64,000 bases of DNA from Amoebidium appalachense (Eukaryota > Protista > Ichthyosporea), in contig CAVNZM010000010.1 in the NCBI GenBank assembly GCA_963693365.1, positions 8,805,794-8,869,793 on the forward strand, given 5' to 3'. The position numbers and the translations under genes were made by a program. Below the pieces are notes generated by a model. That model was not told the DNA's origin and did no database searches. It saw only the letters and a program-made list of their open reading frames with translations. This document shows, piece after piece, positions 38,971 through 58,867 of this stretch; within the stretch, counting starts at the first letter, position 1; each line of letters starts with the position of its first letter.

Positions 38971-39554
38971 AGGGGGGGGAGGGTAGGCAATACACCCCTG
39001 CTTTCCAACGGCCATCCAGCCTATCCCTTCCCTGTTTTTGTTTTTTTTGTGTGTTTGTTTTGTTTTGTTTTGTCACTGCACGTTTGGGTGCATGCCTGCC
39101 TGCCATTGAGGGTCTCTGTGCACAAGGGTTGGTTTATAACGCTCAGATATGAAAGTCCGTCAGGGTGTCGGGCGGCATGTGTGCTCCCTTTCACCCCGTT
39201 ACCAATACCGGTGTTGATGGTTCTGCCTGGTTGGGTGAGAGTGATTGTCTAATTTTTTTCGAATGGGGAAGTTTGTGTGCGTGTGGGTGGGTGGGTGGGT
39301 GGGTGGGTGGGTGGGTGGGTGGGTGGGTGGGTGGGTGGTGGCGGTACTGGGGGAAGGAGGGGGGGGGGGGGGGGTTATGTTTCAGGATTGGCTATTTGGG
39401 CCTGTGGTTACTGACTGGCTGCCGGGGCCTTAAGGATCTGAGCCCCCTGCTGGGCTGCCCGAGACTGGCACTGGTGTTCATCCACGACTCAGCCAAGCTG
39501 CGCATAAAGGGCAAGCAGGCACTGCTCAAGGCGGGTGTGAGGTTTGAGGGCTGA
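32696..39554 (+). CDS. F-box and leucine-rich-repeat protein, about 9 exons
   Basis: Exons 32696-32825, 33811-34067 (F-box [36 protein letters not shown]), 34243-~34500, 34786-35315, 35972-36112, 36919-37035, 37788-38023, 38490-38664, 39386-39554. Repeated LRR units of the DLSPLxxCxxLxxLxL type. N-terminus MGQQFS (myristoylation-like) and PVKRLR. Two junctions (exon 3/4 and 8/9) are not phase-resolved. Confidence 0.85.
33083..33432. repeat. Tandem duplication (2 x ~175 bp) in intron 1 of the F-box gene
   Basis: taaggcttgttct.caagtacagtcgtggcagtgatcagtgttgggatggagggg...ggtggagaggagggg occurs twice head to tail (~33083 and ~33260). Confidence 0.85.
37016..37555. repeat. ~70-bp minisatellite derived from an exon/donor junction
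   Basis: About 7 units of ctggactacactgatgtatgtgtgtgtatctgcactacac(g/c)aatgtgtgtgtc(tg)n. Each half-unit resembles the end of exon 6 (ctggactacacgaat|gtatgt). Confidence 0.9.
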
Positions 39555-39871
39555 GGGGGTGCTGTGTGGATGCAGGCAAGAGGGGGGGAGGGAGGGGGGG
39601 GGGGGGGGGGGGGGATAGGTGAAATGGTTGGGTTGAATTTGTATGAATGATTTGGTTGTGTTTGTAGGGGCGGAAAACACGGGGATGTTTTTCTATGCTC
39701 TGTTTATAGGTAAGAGTGTATGTGGTTTGGTTTACACGGTCTATATTTTGGGAAACGGTGCACCTCGTGTGCATGCGTGGCTTACTGCGTTTTGTGTATG
39801 TGCCAGAGAGCACCGAATACTTAGTATGATAGCACCATTAGCAGCAGTGTCCCCCCCGCGCCCGCTTTCCT

Positions 39872-39962
<91 letters not shown>

Positions 39963-40994
39963 CACACACACAGTCACACACACCTACACTCTCACTCTTT
40001 GATACTTGATTTTGCTTTTCTTCTTCTTCTCTTTTTGTTGTTGTTGTGCCTATTTTAAATTTCTTTAAGATTGGGCTGGCATGAAGGTAGGGGGCAAGTG
40101 AGGGCCGGTGGCCCACATGAATTTCAGGGAAAGAGAAAGTGTAGGGCTGAGATACGAGGCCATCGATCTGAAGAATCTAATTGAATATGTAGAGTTATTA
40201 TCAGGCACGGTGCACGTGATGTGAGATGAATAAAGCAAAGCGCATGGCTTCTACCTCACGGTGAGGGCATTTTGTTGAACTTATGACATGACGGGCCTGG
40301 TATGGTGCACATGTACGGTGTCCTGGTCGCAATGGCATGGCGATGGCGATGCATGCATTGATGCCACATATGCATGCATGGCTTGGAGACCTCGTATGTA
40401 AGTGCCATTGTTCGACGTACACGTCCAAGATGTTTTTGTTGTTGCACGTAAATTGATAAACACGTCCATGGGCCAGATGGGCAAAGAAAGAAATCTGAGC
40501 ACTGCCCGTGCGGACATGTTGACCAAAGTGGCTGACTACTCCCGACGGTCGGAATCCCCCTAAACCAAGAAACCGAAATTGTTAAAAGACCCCATTATGT
40601 GATATGAAATTTCACTTCAGGGACCAATCAGGGTAATACCGGTCGCCATCGTAGGTCGTGATGTCATGCTGGTGGCACCCGTCGTCGCCATGCCACGATC
40701 GAGAAACCAACCTATTGTAGAAACTACGAGGGTGGGGGAGAGAGTAGAAACAAAAAGGAGGCCGGTGCGTGAAAGTTTTAGAACACAACTACAAAAAGCC
40801 GCAGTTCTAGAGACGTGCGGTGTATAGGGAGGGTGGCCAGACACGCGCGCGTATACAGCTAGTGCTACACACGCGCATCTGGCACACACGCCAGCATCCC
40901 ACTCCCCTTGAAATTGAAGCCACACGCAGGCACACGCAGGCACACGCACACTGACGCATGGGGCCGTACTGCGGACCCTTTTATCCACGGCCAC

Positions 40995-47420
<6,426 letters not shown>

Positions 47421-49103
47421 CGGGCCATGGGGGGGCATGCCTGGTGCAGCCCACCCGGTGTTAAGATATGGGCCCACGGTATGCATGTAGTAGTGCCATG
47501 TAACACGAATATGAACACGCATTATTTTGTTCTCCATGATCTTGGTTAATCGAATATAAACCAACCACCGCTTCTCCCATTTTAGCGCCTGGACGCTGAC
47601 CAACCGAGAGCTGCCGAGAGCCACGTTTCTCAAATGCGTCTTACCAATCAAGAGACTCAATCAACCGATGTCGACATACAATTCCAGCCATTTTTTCGCG
47701 CCCTTTTTAGGGTGACACGGCGTCATGGAATTTGTGCACAGAGGACGTCACCAATGCGGCTCGCCGGCCAGCAGCTAAAATGGAAGTAGCGGTGGTTGCT
47801 TTAAGTAAATGTATTCGTGTCGATGGTACAAACCTGTTGGCCACCATGCTCGATGTGCCGTTATGATTGCAAATTGGAGTGCAACAGTTGCCAGTCCCCG
47901 TATGCATGTATGTGTGGGTGGGTGCCGGTGTGGGTGTCTGCGTGTGCGGCGAAAGTGTGCCTTATTCATGTGCATCTGCTGTGTGGCGTGCACTGAAGCG
48001 TGTACGTGCGCGCATATGCCGGGATCACTTCATTGTGTCCGGAAGCTACAGCTGTGCCCTTCAGCTGTAAGACTGCACTGTGGGTCTGTGTGGTGCACTC
48101 AGTGTGCATGTGTATGTATGTCATGTTTGTCTGTATGCATATATATGGAACGGATTTTGGTGTGTGCACATCATGGCAGGACACTGGCAGGGATATGTAG
48201 TGGTGCCTGTATCATGGTATATATGTGGTGTTGGGCATACACGTGCACGTGAATGACCAGCTTTTGCATTAGTGTGTGTGCGTGTGTGTATGTCCGTGTG
48301 TGTGCACATCAAGTGGCAGTGTGCATGCTAACCACAGAGCGCACGCGTGCATGCACGTGTGTACGCGTACGCAGCACACACGCTCTTAGACTAGCCCGTG
48401 TGTGTGTGTGCACGCGTGTATGGGTGCCTGTATTTGTGTGTGTGCATGCATATGTGTTGTGCCTAAAAGCATGTGTGTAATCGACTAAGTGATGAAGTCA
48501 TTGTGATGGCCGGGACTTAAGGGCACTCCCGGGGCTTATAGGGGGATCCTTCGAGGGGAGGGGGGGTGGAGGCTCTCAAAGTCAATTCACTGCAGCTAGT
48601 ACTAGTGTGGACGGGGGACCTGAAAAGCCCATATGCATTAGAAGGCAGACCGTGGGTGCCAGAGGCCAGACAGCACGTGCACGGTGTACTCAAAGAGGAT
48701 AAGGGTATATTTTCATTGGTGGCTTCAAAGTGGTTGATAGCCTAACATGGCTATGGCCATGCCTAATATGGCGCAGTAATTTAGTAAGAGCCCGTTGGCT
48801 GATTCAGTAGACTAACGAAACATCGAATCGGACTACTCGAACCGGGTGTCCAATTTATAGCCCAAAGACTAGCGTTCACCGTAGATTCCATTGCATCCCC
48901 AAATTACACACAGCCCAAAAAAGAGACAAAAACACAAAACAGAAAGGAAAGGAAGGAAAAGGGGTATATGGGGAAAGTACACACCAGGACAGTCAAGAAC
49001 AAGCACGTGCACACACGAGGCAAGTTGGTGCAAACAAACACCGCCGCAGTAACGATCATTCAATGACAGCACATTTCACTTTCGTTCAACCTTTCCCCCC
49101 CCT

Positions 49104-49185
<82 letters not shown>

Positions 49186-49186
49186 A

Positions 49187-49269
<83 letters not shown>

Positions 49270-49282
49270 CCCACCATCACCC

Positions 49283-49450
49283 TCAGTATATGTTGGCCAT
49301 GATGTGTCGGCCAACCAGCCACAGCCACACAGCCGCCACGGCCCAAATGGCCAAAGTCAAGACAGCCTCACCAACCCCCCGTGCTAGTCGTGGAGGGGGT
49401 ACCTGTATGTGTGCGCGCATGTACGTGTGTGTGTGTGTACGTGCGCATGT

Positions 49451-49489
<39 letters not shown>

Positions 49490-49618
49490 CGTGTGCGTGC
49501 ATGTGCATGTGCATGTGCGTGTGCTTGCATATGTGCTCTTGCATGTCTTGGTATGCATGTGCAGCAGTATGTGAGCACGGCCCCGTGCGTGTGTGCGTGT
49601 GTGTGTGCGTGTGTGTGT

Positions 49619-49677
<59 letters not shown>

Positions 49678-50464
49678 CGCGCAAGCGCGCATGCGCGTGT
49701 GCGCGCGCGCGAGTGTGGTGTGTGCGTGTGCATGTGTGTGCATGTGTGTGCACATGTGTGCATATTGTGCAAAGGTTTGTGTGTGCGTGCGTGCATGCAT
49801 GTATATGATGTGTGTGGGGAGGTTATCCATCAGCAATTGGCGGCACCTTGCTCATTTTTTTCTGATTGACAGGTCTGCCGAAAAATCTAATCCGGGCTTC
49901 ACCAACTCAAAACAGTTAATCAACAACAAAGAAGCAGGCTGTCGTTTTGCCTCAGTGCTCATCGATATGAAGAACGCACCCATACACGCCCCACACCCGA
50001 CCACAACATGTGCAACCGAAAGAGATCCACGCACACAGGAACACACTAGCGCACAATAAAATCAATGCTTATTAGTGTGCACGCATGCACACACACACAG
50101 ACACGCGCGCGTGCGTGCGCCCAAGCACACATAGACACTCATAAACACACACAGAGACAAGAGACCACCGACACCCACCTGTGTCTGTGTCTGTGCCTGC
50201 ACCTGGGCCGGCTGTTGCTGTTGCTGTTGCTGTGAATGTGCCTGTGGCTCTATGTGTGCCTGCTGAGAGGCAGTCACGTGTCTCTGCCTCAACCCCTCCG
50301 TCTCAATGCTGGGCCCTGCACCTTCTCCTGTGAACACATCTGCAATGTCAGCAAACTTCCAACCCCCCCCCCCCCCCCCCCCCCCTCCCCCCTCCCCGCG
50401 CCCCGCCCCCTCCCCTCCCCCCGCCCCCCCTCCCCTCGCCCTAAAAAAAAAAAAAAAAAAAAGA

Positions 50465-50495
<31 letters not shown>

Positions 50496-50960
50496 GGAGA
50501 GAAGAAAAAGGCAGCAAACAAACAAACAAACAAACAAACAAGAAAGACCACAAAGCCCACCTCCACCAAGATGCTATGCCACCGCTGCACTGTTTCGACC
50601 CGTTCCCTCACCGGGCAACATACAGCACTCATCCATCCCTGGCCATCCAACCCCCCCTCCCCCTCCCCCCCTCCCCCCCCCCCTCCCTCCCCCCCCCCCC
50701 CCCCCCCCCCCGCGCCAAAAAAAAAAAAAAAAAAAAAAACAAAAAACCCATTCCCCACCACCACCACCACCACCACCACCACCACCACCACCACCCCACC
50801 TCCCACCTCTCCCACCCACACACCAACACACCCATACCTACATCCATCCATCCACCCATCCCTCCTCTTCCCCCCCCCTCCCCTCCCCTCCCCCCTCCCC
50901 CCACCCCTCCCGCATACCCAGACACTACAAACACCCAACCACCCACCCATCCCCCCCCCC

Positions 50961-50992
<32 letters not shown>

Positions 50993-52298
50993 TTCCCCCC
51001 GAGCCAAAAAAAAAAAACCAAAAAAAACAAACAAAAAAACACCCACCTAAACACCAACCCACCCACCCACCCATCCACCCACCCCCCAGCCCACACACAC
51101 CCATCCCCCACAAACCCCTCCTCCACCCCCCTCCATCCCTCCCTCCATCCCTCCCTCCTCCCCCCCCCCCCCCCCCCCCCCGCCCAACCACACAAACACA
51201 TCCACCCACACACACACACACATCCACCCACCCACACACACACATCCACCCACTCACCCACCCACACACAACCCACCTTGCGCCGGTACCTCCTCCATTG
51301 GCTCCCCCTCTCCCTCCCCCTCCCCTTTCTGGTCTGTCTGCCCCCCCTCTCTGGGCCTGACCATGCTCACATTGTTGATTAACTCGTCTTCCTCTGCCGT
51401 CGTTGCTGCCTTGAACTGGCCAGTCAGCGCAGGTAGGGCATCCCTGTTAAAGGTCTGGCAGGTGGGGCACCGGTAGTCAGGTGACCTGAGGTGTGTGTGT
51501 GGGGGGGGGGGGGGGGGGGGGGGAGGGGAGGGGGGGGGGAGGGAGGGAGGTTTAAATTGAGTTACAAAGTGCAAAGTAGCTACAACAGTGCAAATGACAC
51601 ATCTACGCGACGGACAACACAATGTCCACTTTGCAAAATCAGGCAACAAGATATCTACGGGAGTTCACCATATTATGTCAAAGGGGCAAAGAAGGGGGGG
51701 GGGGGGGGGGGGGGGGGACGGTAGTAAGGGGGGCCAAGGTGGCGGTGGTGGTGGTCTACGGGGGTGGGACGGGTATATGTGTGTGTGTGTGGGGGGGGGG
51801 GGGGGAGGGGGGAGGGGGGGGGGGGGGGGGGGGGCGCTACTTAAGAGCCAGAGCCTTTCTCTCGTCATCTGTGTAGTCCAGTGCCCCAATGGCACCCTCC
51901 CCCTTGGTAGGCATGAAGCTGATCAGGGCTAGCAGCACAGTGCGGACTGTGTGTGTGTGTGTGTGTGTGTGCGTGTGTGCGTGTGTGTGTGTGCGTGCGT
52001 GCATGTGTGTGTGCTTGCGTGCGTGTGTGCGCGGACAGGCGCACGTGGATGTGTGCGTGCGTGCGAGGTGTGGGTGTGGGTGTCTGTGCGTGTGCGCCTA
52101 TGGTACATGTGTGGGAAGGTACAGGCAAGCATGCGTGGGTGAACATGTCTGTTGAGTGTGTGATGGTGCATGTGTCAGCACGTGTGGGCGTGTGTATGAG
52201 AAGACAGAGAAGACTGAGTATGTGTCACGATGTTCATCATTGTGTACATGTGTGGTAAGTGGCCAAATGGGGGAACAGGACATGAGGGAAGGGCGCAA

Positions 52299-52334
<36 letters not shown>

Positions 52335-53379
52335 GAATGCGGAACACGGTACGAAGTACGCATACACGATGAGAAGTATGGTGCAGGACACATGCAAAGG
52401 CAAACATTCAAGTATGCAACATCAGCCATGCGCACAGTATGTGTCATAAGCAGAGCCCATCCTCAGGGAGGGCCCAAGTCATCAATTGCGTCTGAGTTTC
52501 GACCCCTTAGCCCGCGTATATACGATGCTCCAACTCAGACAGCAGCAGCAACTGAACTTGGGAGGGCCAACCCGTCTTGATCAAAGACGAGCAGGGTTGC
52601 TTATGCAAGCAAGGTGAGCAAAACGGTGAAGGGGGGGGGAGGGGGGCAAGTATGGGGGGGAGACGGAAAGGCACTGGTGTAGTGAGTGCAACATGAACCC
52701 AACCAAAGCAATCACTTCACGTGCCTTCTACTGGTAGCATGTAGGTGATGTGAAGCGATCAGAGAAAACAAAACACACAACAAAATCCGTTTCACGTTCC
52801 AGCCACCAAAAGCTCTGTGTGCAAATCTAGAAGGAGGGGTCGAGAGCAAGGTGCAGGACACCAGGCACACAGGAGCCAGGTACAGAAAAAGTTTTTTTTT
52901 TTTTTTTTTTTTTTTGGGGGGGGGGGGGGGGAAGGTCAGTTACTGCTCCAGGAGGGGCGCCAGTACTCGGGGTGGTAGGCACTGATGCTGAGGCAGATCT
53001 TTTTGCCCACCTCAAACCGGCCATTGGGCTGCATGATTTTATCAGCACTGGGCCAATAGCACCCATGAAACACTACAGGCGCATCATGCACCATATTACA
53101 CCCCACACAGTCACACACACAGGCAGGCACACACGTGGGACAGGCACAGAACTGCACTCGCTGCCGGCAAGTCACAATCAAACGTCCTAGAAAGAGTGTG
53201 TGTGTGTGTGTGTGTGTGGCTTGTATGCCTGCTGGCGTGTGCATGTGCATGTGTGCTTTTATGTCCGCATGCATGTGTATTGTGTGTACGTGTGTGTGTG
53301 ATTGTGTGTGTGTGTGCGTGTGTGTAAGCTTGTGTGCCCAAGTGCACGCATGTGTGTGTATGTGTGTGGGTGTGTGTGG

Positions 53380-53415
<36 letters not shown>

Positions 53416-53471
53416 GCGTGTGTGTAAGCTTGTGTGCCCAAGTGCATGCATGTGTGTGTATGTGTGTGGGT

Positions 53472-53522
<51 letters not shown>

Positions 53523-54186
53523 CATGTGAATGCGCATGTGAATGTGCTTGTGTGCTTGTGTGTGTGTGTGTGTGTGCGTGTGCGTGCGGGTGTGTACATG
53601 TGTGCATGTGAGTGTGTACGTGTTTTTGTGTGTGTTTGTGTGTATTTGTGTGTGTGCATGTGTGCGTGTGTGCATGTGTGCGTGTGAGTGTGTACGTGTT
53701 TTTGTGTGTGTTTGTGTGTATTTGTGTGTGTGCATGTGTGCGTGTGTGCACGTGTGCGTGTGTGTGCGTGTGTGTAAGTGTGTGTGTGGGTGGGTGGGTG
53801 GGTGGGTGTTCCTACACCCACCGTCAGCAGGATTATATTTGGAGGCTTGTACGGGTACTCTGGGGGCAGCAGGATACGGCCATGGTATATGCCCCCGGCA
53901 AAGGCTGTGTCTGCTGGGCCACGCACTGTAAAGTGCCACTCAAAGATGTTCTCCTGTGTGTGTGTGGGGGGGGGGGGTTTGAATGCGTCAAAAAGTACGA
54001 AGTACACAAGAACAAACGGATAACACGATGCAGAACGCAAGCCATACATAAAGAGTATGCATAATAAGCAGAGCCCATCCTCAGGGGGAACCCACGTCAT
54101 CCACAGTACCCGAGTTTCGACCTATTCACCTCGTTAACGAAACCCAACTGTTTCACTTGAACATGGGTAGGTCACCCGTCTTGATC

Positions 54187-54218
<32 letters not shown>

Positions 54219-55197
54219 GGGGGGGGGGGAGGGGGGAGGAAGCGGGGTACGTGTGTGTGTGTGTGTGTGTGTGTTTCTGTGTGTGTGTGACACGTCTGTG
54301 TGGGTGGGTGTGTTATGTGTGTGTGTGTGGGGGGGGGGGGGGGGGGGGGATGTGGGGGTGGGTGCGAATGCATGTTCAGGTGTGTGTGTGTGTGTGGCGT
54401 GTGTGTGTTGTCCCTGTGTGTCAGTGTGTGGTGCGCCCATGCGCGCCTGTGTGTGTGTGTCGGTTTGTGTGTTTATGTTCGTGCGTGTACCTTTATGTGT
54501 GTGTGCTCGCGCGGAAAGAAAGCGTGAATGTGTTTGTCCCCAACGTGTGTACTTGCATTGTGTGTCTTCCTATCTGTGTGTCTGGATGTTCTATCTGTGT
54601 GTCTGGATGGATGCGGGCTAGGCGGGAAGGCGGCCGGGGGGGGGGGGGGGGGGGGGGGGGGAGGGAGGGGGAACAAAAAGTTCTCGGGAAAGCAAATAGG
54701 GAAACATAGGGCAACAGGTTCTTTTTCCCGTTAACGATTTCCAGACTTATCTGCAAGAACATGCACATGTTAGAAGCCGAGATGAGAGGATTACTCATGA
54801 GGATAGCGCAAGATGGCTGCACGTGCATGCCTGTGTCTGCACGTGCAGGCACACACCTCCAGGGGCTGGGCATGGTACATCTCCGTGGGCTCTCTCAGCT
54901 CCTTGGCCTCGACCATAATCCGCTTGACCGCTGCAGCCCCCCCAGTCAGTCACGGCACTATGCCCTCAGGAACATATCTTATCCAACCCCAACCCAACCC
55001 CACCCCACCCCCCCTCCCCCCCCTCCCCAGCAATCACAGCTCATTCATGAACGAAAGGAGGAGAGGGGGAAGGGCGGGTGGGTGGGGGGGGGGGGGGAGG
55101 GGAGGACTCGTGCAAAGGAACAGCTGCATATCAAGATATCCTATTTGAACCCCCTTCCCTTCCCTCCCCCCCCCCCACCCAAACACACGCGCGCGCG

Positions 55198-55281
<84 letters not shown>

Positions 55282-56197
55282 ACTCCTTTTCTCCCTCCCT
55301 CCCTACCCCCCAAAAAACGGGGGGGGGGGGGGGGGGGGGGGGGCTATCACAATTCAGATAATAATGATATGTTTATTTTATTTTATTTTTATTTTATTTT
55401 TTCCTTTTTTTCCTTTTTTTCTTTTCTTTTTTTTTTTTTTTTTTGTGGGGGGAGGGGGGGGGGGGGGGGGGGGGGGAGATCATAATGGAAAAAAGAAACA
55501 TTCTAATAATAAGAAGGGGGAGCGGAGGCTAGGGGGGAAGGCCTTTGCCTTCTTCAACTTTCTAACGGATCTTCGAGTTCTAATTCCTTCCCCCTCCCCC
55601 TCCCCCCCCCCTCCCCTCCCCCCCCCCCCCCCCCCACCCCCCCCCTTAAACCTCCCCCTCCCCCAAACACACAGACCAGGTAATATCAACACTTGCATTT
55701 CGTTTATCCCTTCAGAAACGAAGGGGAAGCCAGGGAGGGGGGAGGGGGGGGAAGCCAGGGGAGGGGGGGTGGGGGGGGGGAAGGGGGGGGGGGGGGAGGG
55801 GGGTGGTTGGTTGAAGAGCAAGGCCTGCAATCCACTAGATCTAAGATCTAAGCATGTCACCGTGCCACAGTGAGCACAAGCCCTATGTGAAGCAAGAGAC
55901 CAAAGAAAGAGCCCCTTATACGCTCCGTAAACGGTAGATTGCCAAGAAGGTGGGTGCTTTTCACTTTCCTTCCCCGTTCGTTTGCATGACCGTTTTGTCC
56001 ATGGAACTTGGACCGAATAAGGGTAGAGAAGGGTAGAGGCAAGGCCTAGCTCACGTGCTTCTACGCGTGCAAGTGACTGCCCGAAGAGCACCAAAAACGT
56101 CCACCTGCACGTGCGCCAACACACACACAGGTGATAGTTTGCCTCACACGGAGTACTCACCGGGGCTCTTGAGGTTGTATTTCGGTTCGGCAGCCAT
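49283..56197 (-). CDS. UBE2J1: ER-anchored ubiquitin-conjugating enzyme E2 J1 (Ubc6-like), 8 exons
   Basis: Exons 56197-56161, 54930-54857, 53953-53822, 53028-52944, 51946-51841, 51485-51277, 50327-50179, 49402-49283 are all phase-compatible. Protein [24 protein letters not shown]...[19 protein letters not shown]...[75 protein letters not shown]..., with catalytic Cys in KICLS and a C-terminal TM anchor [18 protein letters not shown]. Confidence 0.95.
52333..52631 (-). mobile_element. Repeat family A, copy 2 (UBE2J1 intron 4)
   Basis: Near-identical to 6613-6910, with G tracts on both sides. Confidence 0.8.
53978..54187 (-). mobile_element. Repeat family A, diverged shorter copy 3 (UBE2J1 intron 2)
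   Basis: Shares the blocks ttgaatgcg, gtacgaagtac, cagagcccatcctcaggg, gagtttcgacc and acccgtcttgatca with copies 1 and 2. Flanked on both sides by (TG)n-Gn. Confidence 0.7.
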
Positions 56198-56584
56198 CTT
56201 CCTACCGTCTCCCCAGTTGGGTAAGGGAGAGAAAAGTGATGGAACACCGTCCTTTGTTGCAGAGTGCAGCTGCGTGCACGATCGAAATTAGGGATTTTTT
56301 CTGTCTGTTTGTGCTTGTATAATTCGTTAAGGTGAAAACTACTAAGGCCGCCTAAACGCACAAGCAACAGGGTCCCAAACCCGGCTTGCACAGAAAGATC
56401 ACTAACACTCGCTGGATCCTACTCCTGCCTACAGTGTGCTGGTAGCTATCTTCATTCAAAAGAACAGTACTCAACAAGATTCCCCTGTATGCATACACGT
56501 ATTAAACGCTTGAAAGAGTCAAATGAATTTACGTTTATGATATCTCATACTGTAGCTAAACATCAGAATTCTACTCCCCGGGAC

Positions 56585-56820
56585 TACTGGCTGATTGGGT
56601 GACTGGGAGTAGGGTCGCAAGTTGCTCGCCCTTCGTTCAGGCAGCACCTGAGTTTTGCTGCTCAGTGACGTCACTGGTGATGGCGATGATAAGAAATAGC
56701 CAATAGACGCTTCTTTCTGTGCGCCTTATATGTTGCCACGTAGTTAATGCTGATTGGTTGCGTGTCAACTTTTGGCGGGAATCATTTTTCCCGGAAGTTC
56801 CGCCGGCCCGGAAGTCGGAG
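56585..56820 (-). promoter_or_regulatory. Probable UBE2J1 promoter region
   Basis: Microsatellite-free region upstream of the ATG with CTGATTGG/CCAAT boxes, TGACGTCA (~56666) and two CCGGAAGT motifs (~56791, ~56808). Motif inspection only. Confidence 0.4.
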
Positions 56821-57070
56821 CCCTGGCCACGGCATTCAACTTGCCCCGTTTGTCAAACTTGAACCGGCGGCCCCCGACCGGTAAGAGCATGATAAGAAGA
56901 AAAAATCACGAATACTTGACAACTCACTTATGCTTTTTATTTAAAAGTTTACTTGAGAAAAGGAAAGCAAAAAAGCCTTCTCGTAAAGTTTCGCGAATAT
57001 GTCGCCAATGTTGTCATTTGAATCCCTCTAGACTATTCAGGCGAAATTTGAGCAAAAGGCTTGCGAAATG

Positions 57071-58075
57071 TTTTTTCTTTTGCTCGGTTTTATTGATCCG
57101 TTAATGAAGGCAACGTGCAGCCACAGGCTACATAACCACCAATAGAACTGAAAAAGCCAAAGCTACGAAATAAAAATAAAGCGACAAGTGACAAAGGACA
57201 CCAGCGGGCAAAACGTGTGTATGCGTGAAACTAGTTTGCTCCAACTAGTCATATGCATCGATGTTGACCAGACCACACTCCGCAAGAAGACGTCATTACT
57301 GCTGCTTCCCAACAGGCCCCCCTCAAAACCTACCGAGGCATAGCAAGCAAGTCAGCCTCTAAAAGAGCAATGCAGACCAAATCTGAGCTAAAAAACAATC
57401 CCAACGGGCCCGGCCCCTAGATAACCCGGAGAAACTGCATCTAGCTCTCTGATAAGGTGGCCTAGTTGTGGCAGGACGTCGACACACAGAAAAACACAAT
57501 TACAGAATGCATGCAAGCAAACCCGGTCATTGCCCTACCACCTACTGAGGCGGTGTTTCCTTTTTTTTTTTTTTTTTTTTTTTTTTTTGCAAAAAGGAAC
57601 CAAGTAGATGTATAACGTCGCACGTGAGGCAACACTGAGTACGTGTTAGGTCATCAAGTTGCCATACGACTGGAGGCTAAGGACTGGCAGTCACTTGGAA
57701 AGCTCCCCGACGACCAAGTAGCCGCCCCTCCACTCACGCAGCGCAGAAGTAGCTGAAGAAGTTGCAGCAGCCCACCGCCAATAGGTCGCGTAGAAGCGTA
57801 GACAGCGTGTAGAAGTTACCATAGGTTGCAGTGGACCACCAGGCGTTGAAGAAACCACTTAAGGGAGAAACTCCGCAAAAGGGAGATGCCCCACACTCTC
57901 ACAGCAGTAGGAATACACCAGGCCACACCACACACACGCGCGCTGCAGTCACGTTCCCCTGAGTGGGACTCCCTCCCACCACAAAAAGAAGAAACGAAAG
58001 CCTTTATATACCTGCCATGGTGAAGAATCGGGAAAAAAAAGTTGACGTGACAGCTAAGAGATCGAAGTGAATTAG
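57071..58075 (-). mobile_element. Non-autonomous retroelement family B, copy 2 (with a 129-bp extra segment)
   Basis: Collinear with 21173-22055, with the same AATAAA and A-rich end and almost the same opposite end. Extra segment 57535-57663 is bounded by TTGCC direct repeats. Confidence 0.8.
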
Positions 58076-58867
58076 TGAAGTCCAAATGTGACAGAAGATT
58101 TTTGGAGAAAAGAACCGACTGATCCGACACATATAGAATAGGAAGATGTGTATGATTGTCCCAGATTACCATTACCAAGCCGCTCACTCAAATTCTATAT
58201 TTATGCTTCGGATGGTAACTGTATATATACCTTTCAAGCCATAAGCCGAACTCCTAAAGTCTGTGTGTAGTCATTCTTGGATATCACGGCCCAGGCGGCT
58301 GGCAGCCAGGCTGCCCAGCTTGACACCCTTGCAATATCTTCGAAAATTTCAGGTTTAGGAGACAGCTCATTCAACGCTCATAGGCACCAATAAAAATGCT
58401 CTTTGGCACTTGACGGTGACCTCTTTTATTAATCGGGTCGCCTGAAACCCGGACCGCTGGTTAAAAATTTTTTAGTTACGGCTGCAAAGTCACACGCCCA
58501 GATCTAGGCATTGCACTTGGTAATGAATGCTATAAACCTATGGGAATCAAATTGTTGTAATTTCATCCAAAGATTTATAGCATACAGTATCATGAGGTTT
58601 GTATCTTTTCTACTAGACACACTCGCTGGCGAGATGTTAGATGTGGCACTATGTATGGCAGGCGAGACCGGTAAATCATGCTCTTGAACCGAAATGTTGA
58701 CCCGGTCCAAGTGCTTTTTAAAAATGTTGCCTGATCGTTGCGGGTGACGTAAACAACTTGGTCCGCCACTCCGCCCATAAAAAGGACGGGACTGTGTTCC
58801 AACTTGCCACTTGCCACACACTCTGCAGCCTCTCGCCTCTGTGGTTGTTTAGGCGACCACTTCGACG

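Noticed and set aside
52490-52545. Family A as a tRNA-derived SINE (GGTCGAAAC resembles a B box)
   Set aside because: No convincing A box or cloverleaf at the right spacing, and no A-rich or T-run terminator.
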